A stretch of DNA of 64,000 nt from Limisphaerales bacterium (GTDB lineage Bacteria; Verrucomicrobiota; Verrucomicrobiia; Limisphaerales; Palsa-1400). Each line of letters begins with the position of its first letter. Positions within the stretch are counted from its first letter, which is position 1. The DNA lies in contig JBKQUS010000136.1 in the NCBI GenBank assembly GCA_052325505.1, positions 67,140 through 131,139 of the forward strand, written 5' to 3'. Of this stretch, positions 1-9,081 are shown piece by piece. The translations under genes and the position numbers were made by a program. A model generated the notes under the pieces. That model searched no databases, had not been told where the DNA came from, and was given only the letters and a program-made list of their open reading frames with translations.

Positions 1-2
1 CG

Positions 3-761
3 TTTCTGCGGCGGTGCTTTGGCGCGGCGCCTTCCGGGGCGGAACCGTCGCTGGAGGCCATCCACAATTTCAATCAGAGGAATCGCGATCAATGGGTGGC
101 GGCCAAAGCCGCGACTGTTCCGCCCGGTTCGCGCGTATTGGATGTCGGCGCCGGCACCTGTCCTTATCGCCCGCTTTTCGCCAAGTGCCAGTATCAATCG
201 CAGGACTTCAAAAAATACGAGGGGGTTAAATTGGGCAATACCCGCGAATACGGCCAGATTGATTATGTTTCGGATATCACGCAGGTCCCGTTGCCGGACG
301 GGTCGTTGGACGTCATTCTATGCACCGAGGTTTTGGAGCATGTGCCGGAGCCCATCGAAGCATTGAGGGAATTGGCCCGCTTGCTCAAACCCGGTGGACG
401 GATGTTTTTAACCGCGCCCCTTGGCTCCGGTCTGCATCAACTGCCCTTTCATTACTACGGCGGATATACGCCGGAGTGGTACCGCCATTTCGCCAAAAAA
501 TTTGCCCTCGATGTTGTGGAAATCACGGCCAACGGAGGTTTTTTTAAATTGCTGGCCCAGGAATGCGCCCGTTTTGCCTGGACGTTTGAGGAACATCGCC
601 ATTGCCACGGAAAAAAAGGGAAGGCGTTGCGGAAATTGTTCGGCGAATCGCTCCCCCGCTATCTTTACGCCCTAGACGAGCGGCACCGTAATGAACAATT
701 TACCGTCGGTTACCATGTGGAATTGAGAAAACCGGACGTTCCAGCCGGCAAAAACCCATGA
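3..761 (+). CDS. Class I SAM-dependent methyltransferase (type 11), 5'-partial
   Basis: VLDVGAG motif I, DVILCTEVLEHV, LKPGG; frame is open back to the window edge (FLRRCFG...NRDQWVAAK). Confidence 0.9.
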   Translation, partial: FLRRCFGAAPSGAEPSLEAIHNFNQRNRDQWVAAKAATVPPGSRVLDVGAGTCPYRPLFAKCQYQSQDFKKYEGVKLGNTREYGQIDYVSDITQVPLPDGSLDVILCTEVLEHVPEPIEALRELARLLKPGGRMFLTAPLGSGLHQLPFHYYGGYTPEWYRHFAKKFALDVVEITANGGFFKLLAQECARFAWTFEEHRHCHGKKGKALRKLFGESLPRYLYALDERHRNEQFTVGYHVELRKPDVPAGKNP

Positions 762-3163
762 CAGTGATCTTCTTCAGCAAAGACCGGCCCCTCCAGTTGG
801 ATGCCGCCTTGCGCTCGTGGCAAAGGCATTGCAAAGACGCCTCGTCCATTTCAATAAAGGTGCTTTACAAGGCTTCCACTTCACGACTGTTGTCGCTCTA
901 CCGCCGGCTCATGCTGGAGCATCCCGCAGTGGATTTTGTGCGGGAAGAGGAGTTTCGGCGCGATGTGCTTGTTTTGCTGGAACAGCAAGACTATGTCGGA
1001 TTTGTCGTGGACGATTCCATTTTTGTTCGGGACTTTTCCGTGGCCGATGTGACATCCGCACTGGCCAGGCATGCCGGAGCCTTGGGCTTTTCGCTGCGGC
1101 TGGGACGCAACACGGTTTATTGGTACATGATGGACCGGCTGCAGAAGGTGCCGGAATTCGAGGCGGAGGAGGAATTCGCCTTGAAATATCGATGGCCGGG
1201 CGCGGAGTGGGACTTTGCCTATCCGTTGGAGTTATCGAGTTCGATTTATCGCGGCGAACAGATTCTGCCCTTGCTGAAAGACCTCGAGTTCAAGAATCCG
1301 AACACGCTGGAGGAGGCCATGTACCAAAACATTGGCAGGTTTCGGGAGAGCCATCCCTGTTTGCTGTGTCCGAAAACATCGCTTGCGTTTGCCGTGCCGG
1401 TGAACCGCGTCCAAGAGGAGGTCAAGACCAACCGCGCCGGGTCGAACCCGGTTTTTTCGGCGGAGGCGCTGGCGGCCTTGTTTGCCGAAGGACAGCGGAT
1501 CGATACAGCGGCGCTGGACGGCTTCACGCCACGCGGTTGCCACCAGGAAGTCGAGCTCAAGATCACGCCGTCGGCGGAACCGGTGCCCTTGGTCAGTGTG
1601 ATCATGCCTTGTTACAACCAGGCCCAATATCTTGCGGAAGCCGTGGCCAGCGTAATAGCGCAGACGTTTACTGACTGGGAAATCATCATTGTCAACGACG
1701 GCAGCCCGGATGACACCAGCGCGGTTGCCCGCCGGTTGATGAAGCAATACGAGGGACGGCGGATCCGCCTGCTGGAAAAGAAAAATGGCGGCCTCGCCAC
1801 GGCCCGGAATGCCGGCATCCGCACCGCGGCCGGGGCCTATATTTTGCCGTTGGACGCGGATGATAAAATCGCGCCGGCGATGCTGGAGAAAACAGTCGCA
1901 TTGCTGGAGGAAAATCCCGCGATTGCGATCGCTTACACGGATATCGCGCATTTCGGCGCGACGGAGAAGATCGTCGAGGCGGCGGAATTTGACTTTGGAA
2001 AACTGGGCCTCAACAACCAGTTGAATTATTGTTCGCTCTATCGCCGTGAAGTTTGGGAGCAGGCCGGGGGTTACAGGTCCGGGCTTTACGGATACGAAGA
2101 TTGGGATTTTTGGATCAGCGGCGCTGAGCAGGGCTTTGTGGCGAGGAGGATACCCGGCGCATTGCTGCAGTATCGCGTGAAAGATTCCAGCATGTACACG
2201 GACGCGCTGGCCCATGACAAGGCCTTGCGCGCCCGCATCGTCCTGAACCATCCCGGACTTTACGATGCCAAAAAGCAGGAGGAAGCCAGGGCCATTTGGA
2301 GCAATCCGCCGTTGCCACCGCCTCCGGGCGCGCCCAAAGTTTCGGTCATCGTGCCCACCTTCAACCGCCCCGGGCGTCTGCAGGAAACGTTGCGCAGCAT
2401 CGCCGGCCAGACGCTGCGGGATTTTGAAATTATTGTTGTCAACGACAGCGGGGTGGATGTCGCGGCTGTCATCGCCCGTTGCGAAGCGGGGGTGGAGATC
2501 GTTCATCTCCGCCACAACGTAAACCGGGGGCTGGCGGCGGCGCGCAACACCGGCTTGCGCCACGCCCGCGGCCGCTACATCGCTTTTCTGGATGACGATG
2601 ATATTTTCCTGCCGGATCATTTGCGATCATTATCGGACTTTTTGGAAAGCAGCGGCAAAACAGCCGCCTACACGGACGCTTGGTGCGCGGAGGAAGAACT
2701 GGCGGAGGGCCGTTACCGGGTGGCGCGGAGGGAGGTGCGCTACTCGGCCGATTGGGACAACGACCGCATCCTTGTCCAGAACCTTGCGCCGGTGCTGTGC
2801 TTCATGCACGAGCGAAGCCTCGGCGTTGCGACAGGGGAGTTCGACGAACAATTGACCACGCACGAAGATTGGGACTACTGGATCCGGCTGTCCCGCCTTT
2901 GCGCGCCGGTCCACATCAAGAATGTCACTTGTGAGTTTCGCCTGCGCAAGGACGGCTCCTCCATGACCAGCGGCCGCCGGGCCGATTTTCTTCGCACCAC
3001 GCGGATGGTCTATAAAAAGCATCATGCTCTTGCCGCCGGCAACAAAACCCTGCGGAAGCAACAGCGGCGGTTCCTGCGCGGATTGGAAGACGAACTGGGC
3101 GCGCCCCGCCGGTTATCGTTCGGCGCCCTGCTGCGCCGGCTTGTCCGGGGCCGGGCGCCGTAA
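758..3163 (+). CDS. Multi-domain glycosyltransferase: N-terminal GT-like domain plus two GT2 domains
   Basis: Two GT2 starts (VSVIMPCYN...VNDGSPD...PLDADD; VSVIVPTFN...FLDDDD); N-terminal FSKDRPLQLD/FVVDD domain; ATGA overlap with upstream gene. Confidence 0.9.
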   Translation: MTVIFFSKDRPLQLDAALRSWQRHCKDASSISIKVLYKASTSRLLSLYRRLMLEHPAVDFVREEEFRRDVLVLLEQQDYVGFVVDDSIFVRDFSVADVTSALARHAGALGFSLRLGRNTVYWYMMDRLQKVPEFEAEEEFALKYRWPGAEWDFAYPLELSSSIYRGEQILPLLKDLEFKNPNTLEEAMYQNIGRFRESHPCLLCPKTSLAFAVPVNRVQEEVKTNRAGSNPVFSAEALAALFAEGQRIDTAALDGFTPRGCHQEVELKITPSAEPVPLVSVIMPCYNQAQYLAEAVASVIAQTFTDWEIIIVNDGSPDDTSAVARRLMKQYEGRRIRLLEKKNGGLATARNAGIRTAAGAYILPLDADDKIAPAMLEKTVALLEENPAIAIAYTDIAHFGATEKIVEAAEFDFGKLGLNNQLNYCSLYRREVWEQAGGYRSGLYGYEDWDFWISGAEQGFVARRIPGALLQYRVKDSSMYTDALAHDKALRARIVLNHPGLYDAKKQEEARAIWSNPPLPPPPGAPKVSVIVPTFNRPGRLQETLRSIAGQTLRDFEIIVVNDSGVDVAAVIARCEAGVEIVHLRHNVNRGLAAARNTGLRHARGRYIAFLDDDDIFLPDHLRSLSDFLESSGKTAAYTDAWCAEEELAEGRYRVARREVRYSADWDNDRILVQNLAPVLCFMHERSLGVATGEFDEQLTTHEDWDYWIRLSRLCAPVHIKNVTCEFRLRKDGSSMTSGRRADFLRTTRMVYKKHHALAAGNKTLRKQQRRFLRGLEDELGAPRRLSFGALLRRLVRGRAP

Positions 3164-3175
3164 GGAGGCGATTGC

Positions 3176-4216
3176 TTGAACCCGCCCAAAATCAGCGTCC
3201 TGATCCCGACCTACAACTACGCCCGCTTTTTGCCGGAGGCGATTGAGTCGGTGCTGGCGCAGGACTTCGCGGACTTTGAATTGCTCATCGTCGATGATTG
3301 CTCCGCCGACAACACCGCCGCCGTGGTCCAGCCCTTTTGCGCGAGGGACGCGCGGGTCCGTTTTTCAGTCAACGCCGCCAATCTGGGATTGGCCAACAAT
3401 TGGAACCACTGCCTGGATCAGGCCCGGGGCGAATACATAAAGTTCTTGTTCGGGGACGACAAGCTATGTCACTCCCAAGCCCTGGGCAAAATGATCGCCT
3501 TGCTGGAAAGGCATTCCTCCGCAACGCTGGCGGCGGCGGCGCGGGTCATTCTGGATGAAAAGTCCAAAGTGGTGGATGTTTATCAGGATCTGGCGGAAGG
3601 CTGTCACAATGGCCGGAAGATCATCACGGCTTGTTTGATGGAAAACGGAAAAAACCTGGTGGGCGAACCTTCCGCAGTCTTGTTTCGCAAATCGGATGCC
3701 CGGCGCGGTTTTGATGCGCGACACCGGCAGATCGTGGATGTCGAGATGTGGTTTCATCTGCTGGAGAAGGGGGACCTGGCATACACCCGCGAACCGCTCT
3801 GCGCCTTTCGCTGCCATCCGCTCCAGCAAACCGAGCGCAACACGGATTCCGGTGTCGCGTGGAAAGAGCATGCCGTGTTCATTTCCAGCCTTGCCGTCCA
3901 GCTGCGGTTCCCGCGCAAAGTCGTCTTCCCTATCCTGTTTCATTTGCGCCATTCGCGCCGCAAGAGCCGGGATGCGGCCAGCCCGGAAATGTCGGAATGG
4001 CAGCGGCGCCTGGCCGCTCGCTGGGGCGGGGGATGGCGTTGGTTTTATTGGGTGTATTGCCTTCGCTACCGAATCGCCAAGCCGTTTCACAACCTCATCC
4101 ACTCCGTGCAAAAGCGTTTGTTCCGCCGGTCTTTCAAGCCTACCTGGGTTTGTTCTTCAAGACCGGAATCCAGCGCCCGATCTGGTTCCAGTAACGACGG
4201 CGGGAAACCGGCGTGA
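3176..4216 (+). CDS. GT2 glycosyltransferase
   Basis: ISVLIPTYN, VDDCSAD, FLFGDD, GEPSAV; AAGGAGG RBS before TTG start. Confidence 0.9.
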   Translation: MNPPKISVLIPTYNYARFLPEAIESVLAQDFADFELLIVDDCSADNTAAVVQPFCARDARVRFSVNAANLGLANNWNHCLDQARGEYIKFLFGDDKLCHSQALGKMIALLERHSSATLAAAARVILDEKSKVVDVYQDLAEGCHNGRKIITACLMENGKNLVGEPSAVLFRKSDARRGFDARHRQIVDVEMWFHLLEKGDLAYTREPLCAFRCHPLQQTERNTDSGVAWKEHAVFISSLAVQLRFPRKVVFPILFHLRHSRRKSRDAASPEMSEWQRRLAARWGGGWRWFYWVYCLRYRIAKPFHNLIHSVQKRLFRRSFKPTWVCSSRPESSARSGSSNDGGKPA

Positions 4217-5060
4217 TCGGCGCGGCAAAGATTTTCTCGAAATGGTCCAGCAATCGCTCGTGGCCGAAGAATTCGTTCGGCTGGTTGTTGTGAAAATAAG
4301 GCTGGCGCAGGTATTCCATGTATTTGGCGTCGTCCTGGTCCAGCTCGATGATCTTTTCAATCAGGGCCTCTTCGGTCGGGAAATCAAAATAGTTGAGAAA
4401 ACTCCGCGTATTGAACTCCTTGCCAATGCGCGGGTTGCCCCAATAAATCGGCAGGCAGCGCGCCCACATGGCTTCGGTCAGTTTCTCCGTCGTGTAGCCG
4501 GCGGTAGAACCATTTTCAAAGGCGATGTTGAACTTGTAAGGATGGAGAAATTCCAGCTTGTGCGGCTGGCCGGCGGGGATGCTGCGGCCGATGTTGTTCC
4601 AAGCACCGCCGCCGGAATCGACTTGTTTGTACTGGCTGAGGCGGTGGAAAAACTCGACGCGCTTTTGGGTTTTCCTCCGTTTGGCATTGCTGACCACGAA
4701 ACTGCAGAACTTGGTTTTGGCGCGCATGATCCCGGCGATTTCCTCCTCGCTTTTAAGCAGCTTCAGCGCATTGGTTGTCAGGACGTAATAGGGCAGGCGC
4801 ATGTGCCGCGGGTCGTCCAGATAACGGCAGGTAAAGGCGTAATCGCACTCGCGGAAATCGGGTTGGAAGGATTCCACGGAGAAATAAATCTTTACGCAGT
4901 TATGCAAGCGATGCACGTGCTGGCCGGGGTCGGCGTAAATCAGGAAGTCGGGCTGGTCGCAGATCTGGACGTCGAACCGCTCACGCAGGAGATTGTAAAA
5001 GAAATTGCTAGTTTTTTGGAAACCGGGCCAGAAATCGCAAAAATCAAGGCGGACTTTCAT
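4140..5060 (-). CDS. GT10 alpha-1,3/4-fucosyltransferase family protein
   Basis: FCSFVVSN, YKFNIAFEN...GYTTEKL, PIYWG motifs. Confidence 0.9.
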   Translation of the reverse strand: MKVRLDFCDFWPGFQKTSNFFYNLLRERFDVQICDQPDFLIYADPGQHVHRLHNCVKIYFSVESFQPDFRECDYAFTCRYLDDPRHMRLPYYVLTTNALKLLKSEEEIAGIMRAKTKFCSFVVSNAKRRKTQKRVEFFHRLSQYKQVDSGGGAWNNIGRSIPAGQPHKLEFLHPYKFNIAFENGSTAGYTTEKLTEAMWARCLPIYWGNPRIGKEFNTRSFLNYFDFPTEEALIEKIIELDQDDAKYMEYLRQPYFHNNQPNEFFGHERLLDHFEKIFAAPITPVSRRRYWNQIGRWIPVLKNKPR

Positions 5061-5067
5061 CGTCGTT

Positions 5068-6240
5068 TCAACCGGCGCAGCTTAACAAATCACGATAGAG
5101 ACGCAAAACCTTTGCGCCCATCTGCTCGAGCGAAAAAGCCTGCGTGACGCGGCGATGCAACTCCTCCGCTTGCTCAGGCCCCAATTGGGGTTCGCGGGTC
5201 TGGGCGGCCATGGCGGCGGCAAGCGCCTCCACGTTCTCGGCTGGGACCAGCCGCCCATAATGGCCGGCGTCGAACGCCTCGGGGATGCCGTCCAGGGCCG
5301 AGGCAATGACCGGTTTGCCGCAGGCGTGCGCTTCGCAAACAACCAGGCCAAGGGCTTCCGTGCCAATTTGCGGATGGACCAGGCAATCGATGGCGTTCAT
5401 CACTTGCGGCATGTCGGAGAAATGGCCCGTCAGTTGCGCTTTGTCGCCCAGGCCCAGGCGCGCGATGTCAGCCTGCAGAAGTTCAGCCATGCTGCCGCGC
5501 CCAATGACCAGGAACCGGGCTTGGGGAATGTCTTTATGAATGCGCGAGGCGGCGGCCAAAAACTCGCGCTGCCCCTTGCCGCGCGGCAAGTCGTAGCCGC
5601 CCACCACCGCGAAGGCATAATCTCCGGGCTGCAACCCCAGTTCGCGCCGTTTGTCCGTCCCATCCGCCGGGCGGAATTGGGCGGCATCGATGCCGCCGTG
5701 GATGACATGGATTTTGGCGTGGTTGCCCTGTAGCGGCGGGCGGGCGCGGCGTTCCGGCTCCGGGGATTGCGGCTCGTAGACGCCCTCCCGCAAAACTTTC
5801 GCCACAAATTCCGAAACGGCAATCACCGCGTCGCATTGCCCCAGGAGAAACCGCCGGCTGGCCGGCGAGCTTGGGCTTTTGGCCATGTGCCGTGTCAGTA
5901 CTATTTTCGGTTTTGTCCCGGCCAGGCGCGCGGCGAGGATCGTCGGCCAGATGTCCCGGCCATGATGACCATGGACGATTTGCGCCTGCTCACGGCGGAT
6001 GAATCGCGCGGCGCGCAGGATGAACTGAAGCTGGTTCGCATGCGGGCCGGTATCGAAAAAGGGCGCGCCAAGCTCCGCAATGCGGGGCGCAAACGGGCTT
6101 CCGGCGGGACCGGCAATGACGACCTGCTGGCCAAGGCGATGCAGTTGCGCCGCCAGTTTGACGCACTGGTCGTCGGTGCCGCCGCCGCTGAGGAGGGAAT
6201 TCAGATGCACGATGCGGAGCGGTTGGGGGGCCGTACTCAT
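5068..6240 (-). CDS. GT4 glycosyltransferase
   Basis: GGGT, KGQ, EALGLVVCEAHACGKPVIAS..GIPE (EX7E). Confidence 0.9.
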   Translation of the reverse strand: MSTAPQPLRIVHLNSLLSGGGTDDQCVKLAAQLHRLGQQVVIAGPAGSPFAPRIAELGAPFFDTGPHANQLQFILRAARFIRREQAQIVHGHHGRDIWPTILAARLAGTKPKIVLTRHMAKSPSSPASRRFLLGQCDAVIAVSEFVAKVLREGVYEPQSPEPERRARPPLQGNHAKIHVIHGGIDAAQFRPADGTDKRRELGLQPGDYAFAVVGGYDLPRGKGQREFLAAASRIHKDIPQARFLVIGRGSMAELLQADIARLGLGDKAQLTGHFSDMPQVMNAIDCLVHPQIGTEALGLVVCEAHACGKPVIASALDGIPEAFDAGHYGRLVPAENVEALAAAMAAQTREPQLGPEQAEELHRRVTQAFSLEQMGAKVLRLYRDLLSCAG

Positions 6241-7046
6241 GCCGATGGCGCGCCGGCCAGATATTGTTCCACGCCGCGTTCGCAGCGAATTTTTCTTGAT
6301 CGAATCGTTTCCGCCAAACGCTGCCGGCTGGCCGAGACATGAGCGCGGCCGGATATGGGGTGGTTCAAATGATAGACCACGGCGCGGCCGTAAACAAATT
6401 TGCGCGGCCGGCCCAGATGATAAAGCCGCGTGCCCACGTCGGAATCCTCGCCAATTCCCCAGCCGGCGTACTCCTCGTCGAATCCGTTGACGGCCAGCAA
6501 ATCATCGCGCCAAATCCCCATGTTGCAGCCAATGATGCCCCGCTGGCCGGTGTTGCGCCGGACGAACGGAAGCGGCAGCCGCACCGCCTTGGCCAAACCC
6601 GTGATGCGGCCCAGGAGAATCCAACCCGGGATCGGTGTGGCGCCGGGCGCAAAGGCGGCGGCGAATTTTTCGCTGACGAAACAGCGCCGGCCTTGCACCC
6701 AAAAATTCCGTTCCGCCAGCCGGGCGTGATCGGCAACGAACCGGGGATGCGGCACACAATCGCCATCCAGCAAAACAACGTAGTCGCCCGTGGCGGCGGC
6801 GAGGCACTTGTTGAGGATCATTGTTTTGCGAAAGCCGTGGTCCTCCTGCCAGACATGGCGCAGGGGCGCCGGCGGCTTTTGTTGCCATTGGGCAATGAGT
6901 TCACGGGTGGCGCCGCCTGAACCGTCATCCGCCAGCAGGATTTCCCCCGGCATTTCCGTCTGGCGCGCCACGCCGCGCAGGACTTTGTCGAGCGCGCCCG
7001 GATTCTCGTAAGTCGAGATGATCAGGGAGATTTGGGCGGAGCGCAT
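6237..7046 (-). CDS. GT2 glycosyltransferase
   Basis: ISLIISTY, ADDGS, LDGDC, VNGFDEEYAGWGIGEDSD. Confidence 0.9.
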   Translation of the reverse strand: MRSAQISLIISTYENPGALDKVLRGVARQTEMPGEILLADDGSGGATRELIAQWQQKPPAPLRHVWQEDHGFRKTMILNKCLAAATGDYVVLLDGDCVPHPRFVADHARLAERNFWVQGRRCFVSEKFAAAFAPGATPIPGWILLGRITGLAKAVRLPLPFVRRNTGQRGIIGCNMGIWRDDLLAVNGFDEEYAGWGIGEDSDVGTRLYHLGRPRKFVYGRAVVYHLNHPISGRAHVSASRQRLAETIRSRKIRCERGVEQYLAGAPSA

Positions 7047-7816
7047 ACGGGCGGGCGCGATTGGAGATGCTCGAAGAGCCGGCTGTGCCGCACCAAGGTC
7101 GAGTAAGCGGTGGAGGCGGCGATGAAAAAACCGGGATACCCATCCAGGAATCCCAGCCGGATAAAGTAAGCGCGCACAAAACGCCAGGCGGCGCGAAAAA
7201 TCGCGGCGGGGGCGGACCAGCGGGCGTTGTCGGCCAGTTGACGTTGCAGGAAGACATCAGCGTAGTAGTTGATCTTGTTCACGTAGCTGCTGATGTCCGG
7301 ATTGGTATAGTGCAACAGGTCGCCAGCCAGGGTGACGCATGTTCCCTGCGCTTCGACGGCGCAATGCTCCGCGCTGCCGGCCCATTTCCCTTTTTCCCGA
7401 CGAAACAGCCGCAAAACGCGGTCAGGATACCAATCTCCATGCGTGATCCACCGCCCCAGAAACCAGACTTTGCGGGCAAAGCAGGCGGCGGCAAAGCGCG
7501 GCTCGCCGCCGTCGAAAAACCGGGCAATCGACTCCCGCAACTCCGCGGAAACCTCCTCATCGGCATCCAGCGCGAGCACCCATGGCAAAGTGGCATAACT
7601 CAACGCCAGGTTCTTTTGCTCGCGAAAGCCCTGCCAGGCATGGCGATGAATTTTCGCGCCGAACGAGGCCGCGATCTTCTCGGTGCCGTCCGCGACCTCG
7701 TCATTGAGCACGACGATAATCTCGCCGACCCAGTCCGCCACGCTGGCCAGGCATTTGCCAATGCGGTGGGCCTCGGCGCTGGAAATGATGCAAACTGAAA
7801 TGGGCAGTTTATTCAC
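7022..7816 (-). CDS. GT2 LPS glycosyltransferase (WaaE/KdtX-like)
   Basis: WQGFREQKNLAL, LDADE, WYPDRVLRLF, GFLDGYPG; GTG start. Confidence 0.88.
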   Translation of the reverse strand: MNKLPISVCIISSAEAHRIGKCLASVADWVGEIIVVLNDEVADGTEKIAASFGAKIHRHAWQGFREQKNLALSYATLPWVLALDADEEVSAELRESIARFFDGGEPRFAAACFARKVWFLGRWITHGDWYPDRVLRLFRREKGKWAGSAEHCAVEAQGTCVTLAGDLLHYTNPDISSYVNKINYYADVFLQRQLADNARWSAPAAIFRAAWRFVRAYFIRLGFLDGYPGFFIAASTAYSTLVRHSRLFEHLQSRPPVCAPPKSP

Positions 7817-7969
7817 AGTTGTCGCAGGTCCCGCGCAGTCAGTAAACGCTTTGTTATCCGATCATGCCGCATGCGATGGACAATTTATGCCGTTGTCCAC
7901 AGGCAAGTCAGTCACAAAAACAGCCGTTTTTTATCGCCAGACGCGCCGCGCCCCGCTAACAAGTCCCGC

Positions 7970-9034
7970 ATGTCTGCCGGCCGATCAGCACCGGGTTTTT
8001 TGGAACGCACGCGAGCCGCTAAAAAAGTGGTCGTGGTCGATTTTGGTTTTTTGGGCGACTCGGTCCATCTTGTGCCGGCGCTGTGGGAGATCAAAAGGCA
8101 TTACCCGGAGGCTCAATTGCACACCCTGTCGGCCCAGGTCGGGGCGGAATTGCTCCGGCTCGCGCCCTGCGTCGATCGCGTGTGGGCTTTTCCGTTGACG
8201 CCCAAAAGCCCGGCATGGTGGCGGCATTGGGGCATCCTTCTGGCGCTGCGCCGCGAACGATTTGACGCGGCATTCAATTTTAGCGGATCAGATCGCACGA
8301 TATTTGTCACGACCCTGGTGGGGGCGCGGCGGACTTTGGCGCACGAGGCGGGGCGGAAACATTTTTGGAACCACTGGCTGCCGGTGGATTGGGTTGGCCG
8401 GGCGGCGCGGGACCTGCCGGTGTTCGAGCAACGCCGGCAAGTGCTGGCGGCAGGCGGATTTGCGCTGGAAGGGCCGCGTTTTGATCTGCGCGTGCCCGGG
8501 GAAGACCGGCAGTGGGCGGAGAACGACATGGCGGACCGGCCCGTTCATTTCTCCATCAGCGCGAGCACACCCGTCAAAGAATGGCCGCTGGAAAACTGGA
8601 TCGGGCTGGCGCAAATGCTGGCGCAAAAACGGCCCTCGATCCGGATGGTGGCCACCGCCGGTTCCAATCCGCGCGAGCAGGCCCGCCTGGGAGAATTGGC
8701 CAAGGCGGCGGACGGGGCGCAATTGCAATGCTTGCAAGGATTGAACATTGCGCGTCTGGCCGCGTTATTGCAACGCTGCCGCCTGCACATTGGCGCGGAC
8801 TCCGGCGCGCTGCATCTGGCCCTGGCGCTGGGCACGCCCACCTTGACGGTCTTTCGCCGACACGATGGATTGGCCGAATGGATGCCCGCAGGAAAAGAGC
8901 ATCGGCACATCATCGCCGATTGCCGTTGCATCAATGAAAATCGAAGCGATTGCCTGCGCCCCGGCCGGGCTTCCTGCCTGGCGTCAATCACTCCCGCCCA
9001 GGTCTGCGGCCAGGCCTGTCAACTGTTGCCGTAA
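7970..9034 (+). CDS. GT9 ADP-heptose:LPS heptosyltransferase family protein
   Basis: FLGDSV, KEWPLENW, IGADSGALHLALALGTPT; start placed at ATG 7970. Confidence 0.9.
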   Translation: MSAGRSAPGFLERTRAAKKVVVVDFGFLGDSVHLVPALWEIKRHYPEAQLHTLSAQVGAELLRLAPCVDRVWAFPLTPKSPAWWRHWGILLALRRERFDAAFNFSGSDRTIFVTTLVGARRTLAHEAGRKHFWNHWLPVDWVGRAARDLPVFEQRRQVLAAGGFALEGPRFDLRVPGEDRQWAENDMADRPVHFSISASTPVKEWPLENWIGLAQMLAQKRPSIRMVATAGSNPREQARLGELAKAADGAQLQCLQGLNIARLAALLQRCRLHIGADSGALHLALALGTPTLTVFRRHDGLAEWMPAGKEHRHIIADCRCINENRSDCLRPGRASCLASITPAQVCGQACQLLP

Positions 9035-9081
9035 AAACTCTCGCGCTGGCGCGGAATCGCTTCCATACTGGCGGCGCAGGC

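Noticed and set aside
4140-4216. 77-bp convergent overlap of the GT2 and GT10 genes
   Set aside because: Most simply a non-conserved run-on tail of the GT2 gene; no sign of function
7809-7901. Two DnaA-box-like 9-mers (TTATTCACA, TTGTCCACA)
   Set aside because: A few such matches are expected by chance in 64 kb; one overlaps a start codon; no oriC context
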